Both the position numbers and the translations under genes were made by a program. A stretch of 64,000 nt of DNA. Origin: an uncultured Gemmatimonadales bacterium (lineage in GTDB: Bacteria > Gemmatimonadota > Gemmatimonadetes > Gemmatimonadales > GWC2-71-9). Below the pieces are notes generated by a model. That model did no database searches and was not told the DNA's origin. It saw only the letters and a program-made list of their open reading frames with translations. The stretch spans positions 64,001-128,000 of the forward strand of contig CAVSQW010000008.1 in assembly GCA_963730185.1 (NCBI GenBank), read 5' to 3'. This document shows, in pieces, positions 50,319-60,666 of this stretch. How positions within the stretch are numbered: position 1 is the first letter of the stretch; each line of letters starts with the position of its first letter.

Positions 50319-50488
50319 GGTTGTTCCGGGAGCAGAGTAGAGGAGGGGGCGCCGACGGTTGAAGCTACCGCACCCCGGGATCACCGGCAAGCAAACGCCG
50401 GACCCAGCCTCGGGGGTAGTGATCTGGGGGGAGGCTCACGCCGTCGGCCCGGTCGGCGCCGACGGCGGAGCACGCTGGAGCGAGCGCG

Positions 50489-51070
50489 CTAGCGACTCAC
50501 GGGCCGAAATCCGGTGCGGGCCAGCTTGGCCAGCGTCGCCTTGGCCGTCGGCTCCTTGACCGACCCCTCGGCCCGAAGGGTACGCAGGGCCTGTTTGCCG
50601 TCCGCGCCGAGGTCGCACAGTCGCTGGACGGCGAGCTGCTGGACCGGCTCGGCGAGGTAGTCGCCCGGCCGCGCCGCCACGGCCGCGGCCGCGGCCGGCT
50701 CCTGGGCGACTTCGGTCAGAAACGCGGTCGCTTCCCGGGTCTCGGCTTGAATTCCCATCAAGTCGACGATCAGGGTCCGGACCCGGGACTCGGTCGACTG
50801 GTGATAGATCCGCACCAGCCGGGCGACGATGCCCGGAACGGACAGGCAGTCGTCGCACTTTCGCCCATAGTGCATCGTCATGAAGCCCGGCGCATAGAGA
50901 CGTTCGTCCAGCCGAGGGGCGGTGAGTGCGGACTGCTCGAGCCGGTCGAGCTCCCGCGTCACCGTTTCGTCCGAGGCCGGTCCCCCCTGGGCCCAGGCGA
51001 CCGGCGCGGCCGGAGTCCGGGCAGCGAGGATGATGATGGTTGCAGTCGCGAATCGGGTGATCGAACGCAT
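50489..51070 (-). CDS. Hypothetical secreted protein
   Basis: Signal-peptide-like N-terminus; helical HEAT-like character; no recognised motif. Confidence 0.5.
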   Translation of the reverse strand: MRSITRFATATIIILAARTPAAPVAWAQGGPASDETVTRELDRLEQSALTAPRLDERLYAPGFMTMHYGRKCDDCLSVPGIVARLVRIYHQSTESRVRTLIVDLMGIQAETREATAFLTEVAQEPAAAAAVAARPGDYLAEPVQQLAVQRLCDLGADGKQALRTLRAEGSVKEPTAKATLAKLARTGFRPVSR

Positions 51071-51187
51071 GGGATGCCTCGGTTGCAGGTTGCGCCTCGA
51101 AGCGATCGCCTCCGATGGCTTCAGCCTCGAGCAATGCAACGTCTGCGCCGGGACGGGGCGCTCAGCTATGCGCAGAAAGTGGCAGCT

Positions 51188-52843
<1,656 letters not shown>

Positions 52844-52894
52844 CAACCTACGGCAGAGTGGGCCTCCTCGTCCATTGGGGAGGTCAGGAAGCCC

Positions 52895-52913
52895 GCTCGG
52901 GCTGTTGCTCGGG
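52895..52913 (+). repeat. 19-bp direct repeat, left copy
   Basis: GCTCGGGCTGTTGCTCGGG; identical copy at 55050-55068. Confidence 0.85.
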
Positions 52914-53017
52914 TCGGGAAGCGGCTGGCGGAGCCTGGCCATGGAAGGTCGGGCCCGTGGCGCCCGACGGGCAGGGCGGTTAGTAGTTCGACAATCGCCG
53001 GCCCCTCGGGAGGCCCC

Positions 53018-53380
53018 ATGGTCGAGATCAGCGTACACGGTGACCGCCTCCGCCTCGAGGTCCAGGGCTGGGACCAGCTCTGGGCCCTGAAGAGCGAGCT
53101 CGAATTCCCCCTCGCCCACATCCGAAGCGTGCGCCAGGACCCCGAACCCGCGCTCGGCTGGTGGCATGGGTTCCGCCTCCCGGGAACCGACATCCCCGGG
53201 ATCCTCACCGCCGGCACCTTCTATCGGCACGACGGCGCGGTCTTCTACGACGTACACGATCCCGAACGGACGATCGTGTTCGAGCTGGAGCACGAGCACT
53301 ATCAACGGCTGGTGGTCGAGGTGAAGGACCCGGCCGCCGCGGTGGCTCGGGTGAGGGAGGCGCTGGCCCAGCGGGCGTGA
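53018..53380 (+). CDS. Conserved hypothetical protein (120 aa)
   Basis: GGAGG RBS; WALKSELEFPLAHIRSV...GFRLPGTDIPGILTAGTFY...YQRLVVEVKDP. Confidence 0.75.
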   Translation: MVEISVHGDRLRLEVQGWDQLWALKSELEFPLAHIRSVRQDPEPALGWWHGFRLPGTDIPGILTAGTFYRHDGAVFYDVHDPERTIVFELEHEHYQRLVVEVKDPAAAVARVREALAQRA

Positions 53381-53454
53381 CGGCCGAGCCCGGCGCGACC
53401 CGCCCCGCACCAAGGCGCTTGTCCGCCCCGACCACCGGAGCTATCGTGGCACCC

Positions 53455-55050
53455 ATGTCTCACTATTTCCTGAAGCTCGTGCCGGCGTTCGTCCTGCCGT
53501 GCGCGCTGGCCGCGCAGACGCGGGCCGCGGCACCGGCCCAGGCCGCCGCCCAGGCCCCGGCCGCGACCACCAGCGACGTCAAGCCCACCGCGACGCCCTC
53601 GTCGGGAACCGTGCGCACCGCGGCCGGCGTGGTCGCGTACGACGCGGTAACCGGCACGATGGTGGTCCACCCGAAGGGGTGGGACGACGCCGCGCCGCCC
53701 GACACATCGAAGCCGAACGCCGTCGCGACGATGTCGTACGTGGCGTACTTCAAGACCGGCGCGGACGCGGCGAAGCGGCCGCTCACCTTCCTGTTCAATG
53801 GCGGCCCCGGGTCGGCGACGCTCTGGCTGCACATGGGCGCCTTCGGTCCCCGGCGCGTGGTCGTGAACGATCACACCCACACGCCCGGCGCACCGTACCA
53901 GGTGGTCGAGAACGACCAGAGCCTGCTCGACGTGAGCGACCTCGTCTTCGTGGACATGCCCGGCACCGGGTTCGGCCGCCTCAGCGGCAAGGACAAAGAG
54001 AAGGCGTTCTACGGGGTGGACCAGGACATCCACGCGTTCACGGTCTTCATCCGCGACTTCCTGACGAAGTACCACCGCTGGAACTCGCCCAAGTACGTCT
54101 TCGGCGAGAGCTACGGCACGATGCGGGGGGCGGGGCTGGCGCTGGCCCTGCAGGGGGCGAGCATCGACCTCAACGGCCTGATGCTGCTGTCGTGTATCCT
54201 CAACTGGGACACGATGCCCGACGATCCGCAGCTGAATCCGTCGATCGACGAGCCCTACATCGTGAGCCTGCCGACCTACGCGGCCACGGCCTGGTACCAC
54301 CACAAGCTGCCGACGGGGCCGGCCGCGCTGGAGCCGTTCCTGGCCGAGGTCGAGCGCTTCGCGACCAACGAGTACCCGCTCGCGCTCCTCCAGGGCAACG
54401 CCCTCGCGGAGGGGCAACGTCAGGCGATCGCGGCGAAGCTGCACGAGTACACCGGCCTGTCCGTCGGGTACCTGCTCAAGACCAACCTCCGGATCGAGTA
54501 CGGGGCGTTCCAGAAGGAGCTGTTCGGCGAGGAGGCGATGACGACGGGCACGCTCGACACCCGCTTCGTCGGCCCGACGCTCGACCCGCTGAGCAAGGTC
54601 AGCGCCTACGACCCGCAGGACGTGGCGATCGGCGCGGCCTACGTCGCGGCCTTCAACACCTACGTGGCGCAGTCGCTCGCGTATGACGGTCCCTTTCCGT
54701 ACCGGACCAGCGCCGGCGTGTACGAGAGCTGGGACTACCGGCACCAGGCGCCCGGCGCGCACCGTCCGCTGATCGCGCTCCCGAACGTCCTGCCGGACCT
54801 GGCGGCGGCGATGAAGACGAACCCCACCATGCGGGTGCTCGTGCTCGGTGGCTACTACGATGTCTCGACGCCCTACTTCGAGGGCCGGTTCGAGCTGCGG
54901 CACCTGCCGATTCCGGCGGCGCTGGAGAAGAATATCGAGTACCGGTACTACGAGTCGGGGCACATGGTGTACGTGAACGTGCCGGCGCTGAAGAAGCTGC
55001 ACGACGACGTGGCGGCGTTCATCCAAGGCGGCGCCGGGTCAGGCAAGTAG
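53455..55050 (+). CDS. S10 family serine carboxypeptidase, secreted
   Basis: FNGGPGS, DMPGTGF, GESYG, GYYD and SGHMVY. Confidence 0.92.
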   Translation: MSHYFLKLVPAFVLPCALAAQTRAAAPAQAAAQAPAATTSDVKPTATPSSGTVRTAAGVVAYDAVTGTMVVHPKGWDDAAPPDTSKPNAVATMSYVAYFKTGADAAKRPLTFLFNGGPGSATLWLHMGAFGPRRVVVNDHTHTPGAPYQVVENDQSLLDVSDLVFVDMPGTGFGRLSGKDKEKAFYGVDQDIHAFTVFIRDFLTKYHRWNSPKYVFGESYGTMRGAGLALALQGASIDLNGLMLLSCILNWDTMPDDPQLNPSIDEPYIVSLPTYAATAWYHHKLPTGPAALEPFLAEVERFATNEYPLALLQGNALAEGQRQAIAAKLHEYTGLSVGYLLKTNLRIEYGAFQKELFGEEAMTTGTLDTRFVGPTLDPLSKVSAYDPQDVAIGAAYVAAFNTYVAQSLAYDGPFPYRTSAGVYESWDYRHQAPGAHRPLIALPNVLPDLAAAMKTNPTMRVLVLGGYYDVSTPYFEGRFELRHLPIPAALEKNIEYRYYESGHMVYVNVPALKKLHDDVAAFIQGGAGSGK

Positions 55051-55068
55051 CTCGGGCTGTTGCTCGGG
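55050..55068 (+). repeat. 19-bp direct repeat, right copy
   Basis: GCTCGGGCTGTTGCTCGGG begins at the last base of the S10 stop codon. Confidence 0.85.
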
Positions 55069-55397
55069 CAGGTTCCCCACCAAACTGCTCGTCGTCCCGG
55101 GTCCTGAGTGAGGTCCGAGGTCACGGGCAATCCGGTCCGGGCCGCGACCCGGTTGGCGACCCCGGAACGATCGCATCATCCTTTCGAACTAGCTCCGAGC
55201 CCGCTCTATCGACGAATGGGTTCGCGGCCGCGCTCCGGGTACGTTACTCGGCAGGGTCATGATGGGAGTGGCCCCCGATGACCGCCGCACCGAGAGCGAG
55301 CGGGACGCCGGGGGCACTCAGCCAGGAGCGGATCACATGATGGACAGTGGCTGTGCCTGACGATGGCTACGTTCACCGCAGACGAAAGGTGGCACCA

Positions 55398-56069
55398 ATG
55401 ACGTTCAAGCCAGTTCACGGCCGGCTTCTGGCCATGGGCCTCGTTCTCCTGGCCGGTTGCTCCAAGGGCCAAGCGACGAAGAGCCCGGGCGATGCCGTCG
55501 AGGGGACGGGCGGTGCCGGTTCGGGCGCCGCACCGACGAGCTACACGCTCTCCGTAGGTACGCTGATCGACGCGGCGATCGCCAGCACCATCAGTTCGCG
55601 CAGCGCGAAGGCGGGCGACGCCTTCACGGCCACCGTGGTCCAGGACGTCAAGAGTTCGGGGGGCTCCGTGGTGATTCCGGCCGGTTCGACCGTGCAGGGG
55701 AGCATCCTGGACGTGCAAGCCGCCCCCAACAGCCGCTCTGCGGGCACCCTTACCCTGGCGGTGGTGAGCGTGACGGTGCACGGGAAGGCCTATGACCTCA
55801 ACGCCACGGTCGATTCCCTCGATACGATCAACAAGGGGCGTGGGATCGAGGCCGTGGACGTCGCCCGTTCGGCCGGTGGCGCGGCCGCGGGCGCGATCCT
55901 GGGAAAGGTCATCGGGAAGAACACCAAAGGGACACTGATCGGGGCCGTGATCGGCGCCGGGGCCGGCGCGGTCGTCTCCGAGGTCATGAAGGACGTCGAT
56001 ATCGTCCTGCCGGCCGGGTCCCGCCTGCTTCTGACGTTGCAGCAGCGGTTGACCGTGGCCGCCGAATGA
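55398..56069 (+). CDS. Lipoprotein with TrbI-like beta region and glycine zipper
   Basis: Lipobox LAGC; VVIPAGSTVQG; GAAAGAILG...GAVIGAGAG. Confidence 0.75.
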   Translation: MTFKPVHGRLLAMGLVLLAGCSKGQATKSPGDAVEGTGGAGSGAAPTSYTLSVGTLIDAAIASTISSRSAKAGDAFTATVVQDVKSSGGSVVIPAGSTVQGSILDVQAAPNSRSAGTLTLAVVSVTVHGKAYDLNATVDSLDTINKGRGIEAVDVARSAGGAAAGAILGKVIGKNTKGTLIGAVIGAGAGAVVSEVMKDVDIVLPAGSRLLLTLQQRLTVAAE

Positions 56070-56102
56070 CCGGCCGGTTACTTCACTGAGAGGAGAGGGA
56101 CT

Positions 56103-56252
56103 ATGCTCTGGACAATCGCCCTGATCCTGATCGTTCTGTGGGCCCTCGGTCTGGCCACGTCGTACACCATGGGCGGGTTCATTCACCTGCTCTTGGTCAT
56201 CGCGATCGTGGTGGTCCTGATTCGGGTCATTCAAGGCCGGAAGGTGCTGTAG
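56103..56252 (+). CDS. lmo0937 family small membrane protein (49 aa; not in the ORF track)
   Basis: MLWTIALILIVLWALGLATSYTMGGFIHLLLVIAIVVVLIRVIQGRKVL; AGGAGAGG RBS. Confidence 0.9.
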   Translation: MLWTIALILIVLWALGLATSYTMGGFIHLLLVIAIVVVLIRVIQGRKVL

Positions 56253-56289
56253 ACACGAGTCTCACGGGCCACTTACTGGAGGAGCCACC

Positions 56290-56664
56290 ATGTCGAAACG
56301 CCTCACGTCCTCGATCGTCGCCGCGGTTGCCGCCATCAGCCTTGCGGCCCCACTCCACGCCCAGGGTCGGACGGTCGTCGGCACCGCGGAGCTCGATGCG
56401 TCGGTCGCGGCCCGACCGGCGACCAGCCGGGAGACGGTACGCAACCTCCTTCTGACCGATCAGGCGCGGCAAGCGGCCAGCCGGATGGGCGTCAGCCCGT
56501 CGGACCTGTCGGCCCGGGTGGCCACCCTCGACTCGGCGACGCTGAACCGGATCGTCGAACGGACTGGGGCAAGTGACCCGGCCCTCGCAGGCGGCGCCAC
56601 GATCGTCATCGGGACGACGGTCCTGATCGTGGCCTTGCTGGTCGTCATCATCCTGCTTGCCTAG
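56290..56664 (+). CDS. PA2779-like small secreted/membrane protein
   Basis: Signal peptide; MGVSP...RVATL...AGG followed by a C-terminal hydrophobic helix; GGAGG RBS. Confidence 0.7.
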   Translation: MSKRLTSSIVAAVAAISLAAPLHAQGRTVVGTAELDASVAARPATSRETVRNLLLTDQARQAASRMGVSPSDLSARVATLDSATLNRIVERTGASDPALAGGATIVIGTTVLIVALLVVIILLA

Positions 56665-56844
56665 CGCACCCGTCCAGGCCGATTGGGTGCGGGTCATCCA
56701 GGCGGCGCTGGAGGTCCTCCGTCCATCGGGGCGGTGACCTTTGGCGCCCGACCCTGGTCTTTGAGGTTGGAGTACCCACCGCTGCTCGTGCCGCGATGAG
56801 ATCGCCAGCGGCGCTCGTCCCCAGGCGTCCCGAGGACTCTCTTC

Positions 56845-57050
56845 GGGAGCGCCTTCAACCGCGGATGAGACCTGCTCTCCGAGACCCGGTTCGCGCCGGA
56901 CGACTTTCGTGACATAACCCACCTCTGGTTCTCCCACGAGCACCCGGACCACTTCTCCCCGCCGGTGCTCGGCCGGATCCCCCGGGAGGTCGCTCAGGGG
57001 ATCACGGTGCTGTTCCAGGAGACTCGCGACGTCGGGATCTCGGCGTGTTT
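56845..57050 (+). pseudogene. Metallo-beta-lactamase-fold fragment
   Basis: GSAFNRG*DLL...ITHLWFSHEHPDHFSPP: HxHxDH motif with an in-frame TGA; both ends missing. Confidence 0.6.
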
Positions 57051-57261
57051 TCTGGGTGGTCAACCGGGGGGATACGAGCTGACCCTCTCGAACGTGGTCC
57101 GGTCCGTCAGGGAGGTTGGTATGCAGCCGCGCCGGATTGGGTGCGGTTTAGCGAGGACGACATCTGGCAGCGCCCTGTCGGCCGCGACCGGGGGCCGTTC
57201 GGATCCGAGGAACACGAGGAAACGATTGCCCGGCTCCGTCGTGACGGTGCGGTCTGACGGG

Positions 57262-58698
57262 TCACCTCGACCCGCTATCGACCCGGACCTCCGCCGGCGG
57301 ACCGAGGGGGCCCGCGACGTCGAATCCGAAGAGATTCGGCTCCTGCCCGATCACCGCCGCCGCGATCACCCGGAGCACGTAGTTCTGGGTCTCCGCCGGG
57401 ACCCGGTCCCGGTGCCTGGCGAGCAGCGCCCAGTAGTTCCGGTCGACGGGCGACTCCGGCAGCGACCGAAGCAGCCCCCGGAGCCGAGTGTCCCCCATGT
57501 TGTACGACGCCAGCACCAGGAGGCCCGACGCCTGCGCATCGGTCGAGTAGAGGTCCTCCAGGTACCGCGCGGCCGCCTCGGTCGCCTTGGCCGGGTCATG
57601 ACGCTCGTCCTGGGGATCGAAGGTCCGCTCACCCTGCAGCGGACCGAGCCGGAGCCCATAGGCCTCGGCCGTCGACGGGATCAGCTGCCAGAGACCCTTC
57701 GGCACCCCGAAGCTCCCTGACGGCCCGACCGCCCGGGGGTCGAACTTGCTCTCCTGGAGCGCAATGTAGAAGAGCTCGCGGGGGAGGTGGTGCCGGCGGA
57801 AGATGTCGGTCACCAAGGGCCCGAGCCCGTCGGCCTCGGCCCGGGCGAAGGCGGTCTCGATATCGGCGCTCCGCCACTGCCTGATGGTTCGCTGGATCTC
57901 CCTGATGAAGCCGCTTGGCACCGTGGCCTCCGACTCGCCGAGCCGGTGGATCGTCCGGTAGATGAGTCGGACGCCGGCGGGGGTCCGATCGCTGTAGATG
58001 CCGAGCGTCTTGATCAGGTCGTCGTACTGGGCCGCGAGCCGGGCCCGGCGCTCCTGGATCGTTCGGTCGGGACCGGCGGTGGCTTCGAGGCGGCGGAAGT
58101 CGAGGTCGAGCGACTTCATGGTGGTGAAGATGGTGCCCGCGGTCGCCCGGAGGGCCCGAACCCGCCGCGCCTGCCAGACCGCCGCCGTCCCTGCCGCCGC
58201 GGCCGCCAGGACCGCGAGGACGACCACCACCCGCAGGGAGCGGATCCGTTGGCGCCACGAGCGCGTGGTATCGTCGTGGTGGGCGCGAAAGGCCGCCCGG
58301 ATCATCGCGGTTCGGCTCGACATGTTCTCGGGGTCGTCGTCCGAGAAGTAGCGCCCAGCGATGTCCGTGGCGAAGGCCAGTGGGGTCCACCCCTTGGTGG
58401 AGTGGCGCGGGATCGCGAGCCGGAGCTCAGGCCCCTCCGGCCCCAACCGAACGGCCAGGTGGCCCCGCACGGGGGCGCGGGTAACCCGCTCGCCACCGAC
58501 GAACGTGCCGTGCTCGCTGCCCAGGTCGACGATTTCCCAGTCCGTGCCCTCGCGGCGGAGCTCGAGGTGCTCGGCGCTCACTTGGTCGTGGTCGACCACG
58601 ACCCCATTGGAGGCGGCCCGGCCGACGCGCACCGTCTCGGTGAAACGGCGAACCTCGGGACTGGCGCTCGAGGCGACCTGGATCTCGTTGGACGACAT
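57262..58698 (-). CDS. FHA domain + TM + lytic transglycosylase (MltD-like SLT) protein
   Basis: FHA motifs VGR...VSAEH...DLGSEHGTFV; TM helix; SLT motifs QES, GLWQLIPSTA and SYNMG. Confidence 0.85.
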   Translation of the reverse strand: MSSNEIQVASSASPEVRRFTETVRVGRAASNGVVVDHDQVSAEHLELRREGTDWEIVDLGSEHGTFVGGERVTRAPVRGHLAVRLGPEGPELRLAIPRHSTKGWTPLAFATDIAGRYFSDDDPENMSSRTAMIRAAFRAHHDDTTRSWRQRIRSLRVVVVLAVLAAAAAGTAAVWQARRVRALRATAGTIFTTMKSLDLDFRRLEATAGPDRTIQERRARLAAQYDDLIKTLGIYSDRTPAGVRLIYRTIHRLGESEATVPSGFIREIQRTIRQWRSADIETAFARAEADGLGPLVTDIFRRHHLPRELFYIALQESKFDPRAVGPSGSFGVPKGLWQLIPSTAEAYGLRLGPLQGERTFDPQDERHDPAKATEAAARYLEDLYSTDAQASGLLVLASYNMGDTRLRGLLRSLPESPVDRNYWALLARHRDRVPAETQNYVLRVIAAAVIGQEPNLFGFDVAGPLGPPAEVRVDSGSR

Positions 58699-58726
58699 GG
58701 GGTCCCGACCGTCGGGGCCGCTCCAG

Positions 58727-59158
58727 TCAGCGGGTGATCCGGATCACGGTGCCGTCCGAGTCGCCGTCGGGATCGTGGTTGGCCGACTTGTCGTATTCCA
58801 TGTCCTCACCTTCCACGGTTCGGATCCTGAGCACCATCTGGAGCCCCTGCTCGTTCGGGTATGCCTTCCGGGTCTGGAGGGTGCAGAACCCGTCGTGATC
58901 GGTCTCGCACCGGGCCGTCCCGGACACGCCGCCTGACCATAGGGCCTGCACCCGGGCGTGGTAGACGCCGCGGTGGTCCGGTCCGTGGACCCAGACGCCG
59001 ACCGTGGGGGTGATCGTGCCGCCTCCCGTGCTCGGATCGGTCTGGTCGTCGAGATCCCCGATGTGAACCGCGATGGCGTCCGAGGCCGGCGCCGGACGAA
59101 CGGTGGTACCGGTCATCAACGGCAGGGGCAGGAGCAGGGGCCAGAGGGATCGGAGCAT
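58727..59158 (-). CDS. Hypothetical secreted beta-sandwich protein
   Basis: AAGGAAG RBS; signal peptide; HIGDLD...YDKSANHDPDGDSDGTVI. Confidence 0.6.
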   Translation of the reverse strand: MLRSLWPLLLPLPLMTGTTVRPAPASDAIAVHIGDLDDQTDPSTGGGTITPTVGVWVHGPDHRGVYHARVQALWSGGVSGTARCETDHDGFCTLQTRKAYPNEQGLQMVLRIRTVEGEDMEYDKSANHDPDGDSDGTVIRITR

Positions 59159-59440
59159 GGCGTCTTCCTTCCGGGCTCGGTCGGCCCGCGGCGGATGGGA
59201 TGTTCGAGAGGAGATTGGTCCGGCGTTCCTGCCAGGATAGCTCCGGGGCGTTCCCGGGGCCAGCCGGGGGCGCGCCCCTGGCGCGTCGGTTGGACCTCCC
59301 ACCGGCCGAGTCACCGGGCCGATCCAGGCAGCCCGTTGTCCACTGCCCTCGGTGAGACGCTTGCCCCCCGGCTCCGTGCTCCGATTGCGGGGCGGCACGC
59401 GAGCCCCCGCCTGAGTACGGACCAGCTCCGGAGGGAGGGC

Positions 59441-60163
59441 ATGATGAGCAGCGCCACCTGCACCGAGTCGTTCCAGGACGCCGGTGGGGGAGGGGTGCTG
59501 GGGCTGACGGTGACGCCCGATGCCGGCAGCACCCTCGTGTCCTGGTCCGGGTGCTCGGCCGCAGCCGGGGCTGGCTGTCAGCTCCGGTTCGACTACGGGC
59601 CCGATACGACGTTCAACGTGACCGTCACCCTGGAGGCGGCCTCGGGGCCGGTTCCCACCGGCGAGAATCTCCTGGTGGATCCCGACTTCGAGACGCTCCC
59701 TTACCACACCGGCACCTTGCCCGTGACCCCGAACGCCGTTGGCTTCTGGAAGGGCGACTCGGGCCAGGTGGTGAACGGGTCCGAGAACGGAATCAGGCCC
59801 GACAGCGGCTCCCGGATGCTGCGCTGCGACGCCACCGGTCCTTGGAGCGGCGCCGAAGGCTACACGGGCTGCGAGGCCTATCAGCTGCTCGACGTGAGCC
59901 TCTACTCGGAGCTGATCGACCAGGGGAGCTCGGCCGCACTGGCGACGGTCACGGTCAAGGTGAATCGGGTGCTCGGCGACGCCCAGACCGATCGCAAATT
60001 CAGCCTGGTGCTCTATGCCCTGGCGGAGCCGCCCTCGGCGGCACCCACCCCTCGCCAACGCGCTGGCTTCCTGGAACGTGGACCTGGTCACCGACGGCGA
60101 TCCACCGGAGAGTTCGACGGGCACTACTTCGACCATGCCTGGCTCAGCTTGATCGAACGGTGA
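59441..60163 (+). CDS. Hypothetical extracellular-type protein, possibly a fragment
   Basis: LTVTPDAGSTLVSWSGC (InlB-B-repeat-like) and NLLVDPDFE (carbohydrate-binding-like); start and end uncertain. Confidence 0.45.
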   Translation: MMSSATCTESFQDAGGGGVLGLTVTPDAGSTLVSWSGCSAAAGAGCQLRFDYGPDTTFNVTVTLEAASGPVPTGENLLVDPDFETLPYHTGTLPVTPNAVGFWKGDSGQVVNGSENGIRPDSGSRMLRCDATGPWSGAEGYTGCEAYQLLDVSLYSELIDQGSSAALATVTVKVNRVLGDAQTDRKFSLVLYALAEPPSAAPTPRQRAGFLERGPGHRRRSTGEFDGHYFDHAWLSLIER

Positions 60164-60483
60164 CCCCGGCGCGGGTGGACCCCGGTCGGGGGCCAGGTGT
60201 GAGCTTCGATGGAGATGGCGTCCGCGATGCCGGCGTCGAGGGCTCGGCGGAGCAAGGTGACCGCGTCGTCGGGATGCCGGGCCCGATAGGCAACCACCCC
60301 GGCCTCGAGGAGGAGGAGGCGGCCGGCCGAGGGCTGCCGAGCCCGAGGAGCGAGGGCGGCCCAGGCGGAGTCGATCCGGCCGCGCTCGACCGCTCCCTCC
60401 ACCGCACGCTCCACCGCGGCGACGGTGTCGGGCGCGGGCGCAGGCGCGGCGACCTGGAGGGCGAGGAGGAGCACCGGGACCAT
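60124..60483 (-). pseudogene. Short secreted TPR-like protein, probably truncated
   Basis: MVPVLLLALQVAAP...AGVVAYRARHPDDAVTLLRRAL. Confidence 0.35.
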
Positions 60484-60666
60484 TGCCGAACGTATCCTCC
60501 GGACGGGTGGCCGGCCACGGGCACCATCGGCAGCCGGCCGCGATGCCCCCGGCCGCCAGGGCGGCAGCGGGGCCGAGACCGGTGAAACCGCGTGACCGCC
60601 GCGACGTTGGGAGAGAAGCCCGAGTCGCACCGCGGCTCTCGTCACTCCACCTTCGACCTCATCGTG

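Noticed and set aside
55255..55375. GATGG...GATGAC stretch as a fluoride riboswitch
   Set aside because: The pseudoknot pairing and the terminal GAUGRCxxCUAC consensus cannot be formed, and the downstream gene is unrelated to fluoride.
56866..56868. TGA at a probable Trp position as evidence for an alternative genetic code
   Set aside because: It is a single case in a truncated fragment; TGA terminates many intact genes in the window and Trp is encoded by TGG.
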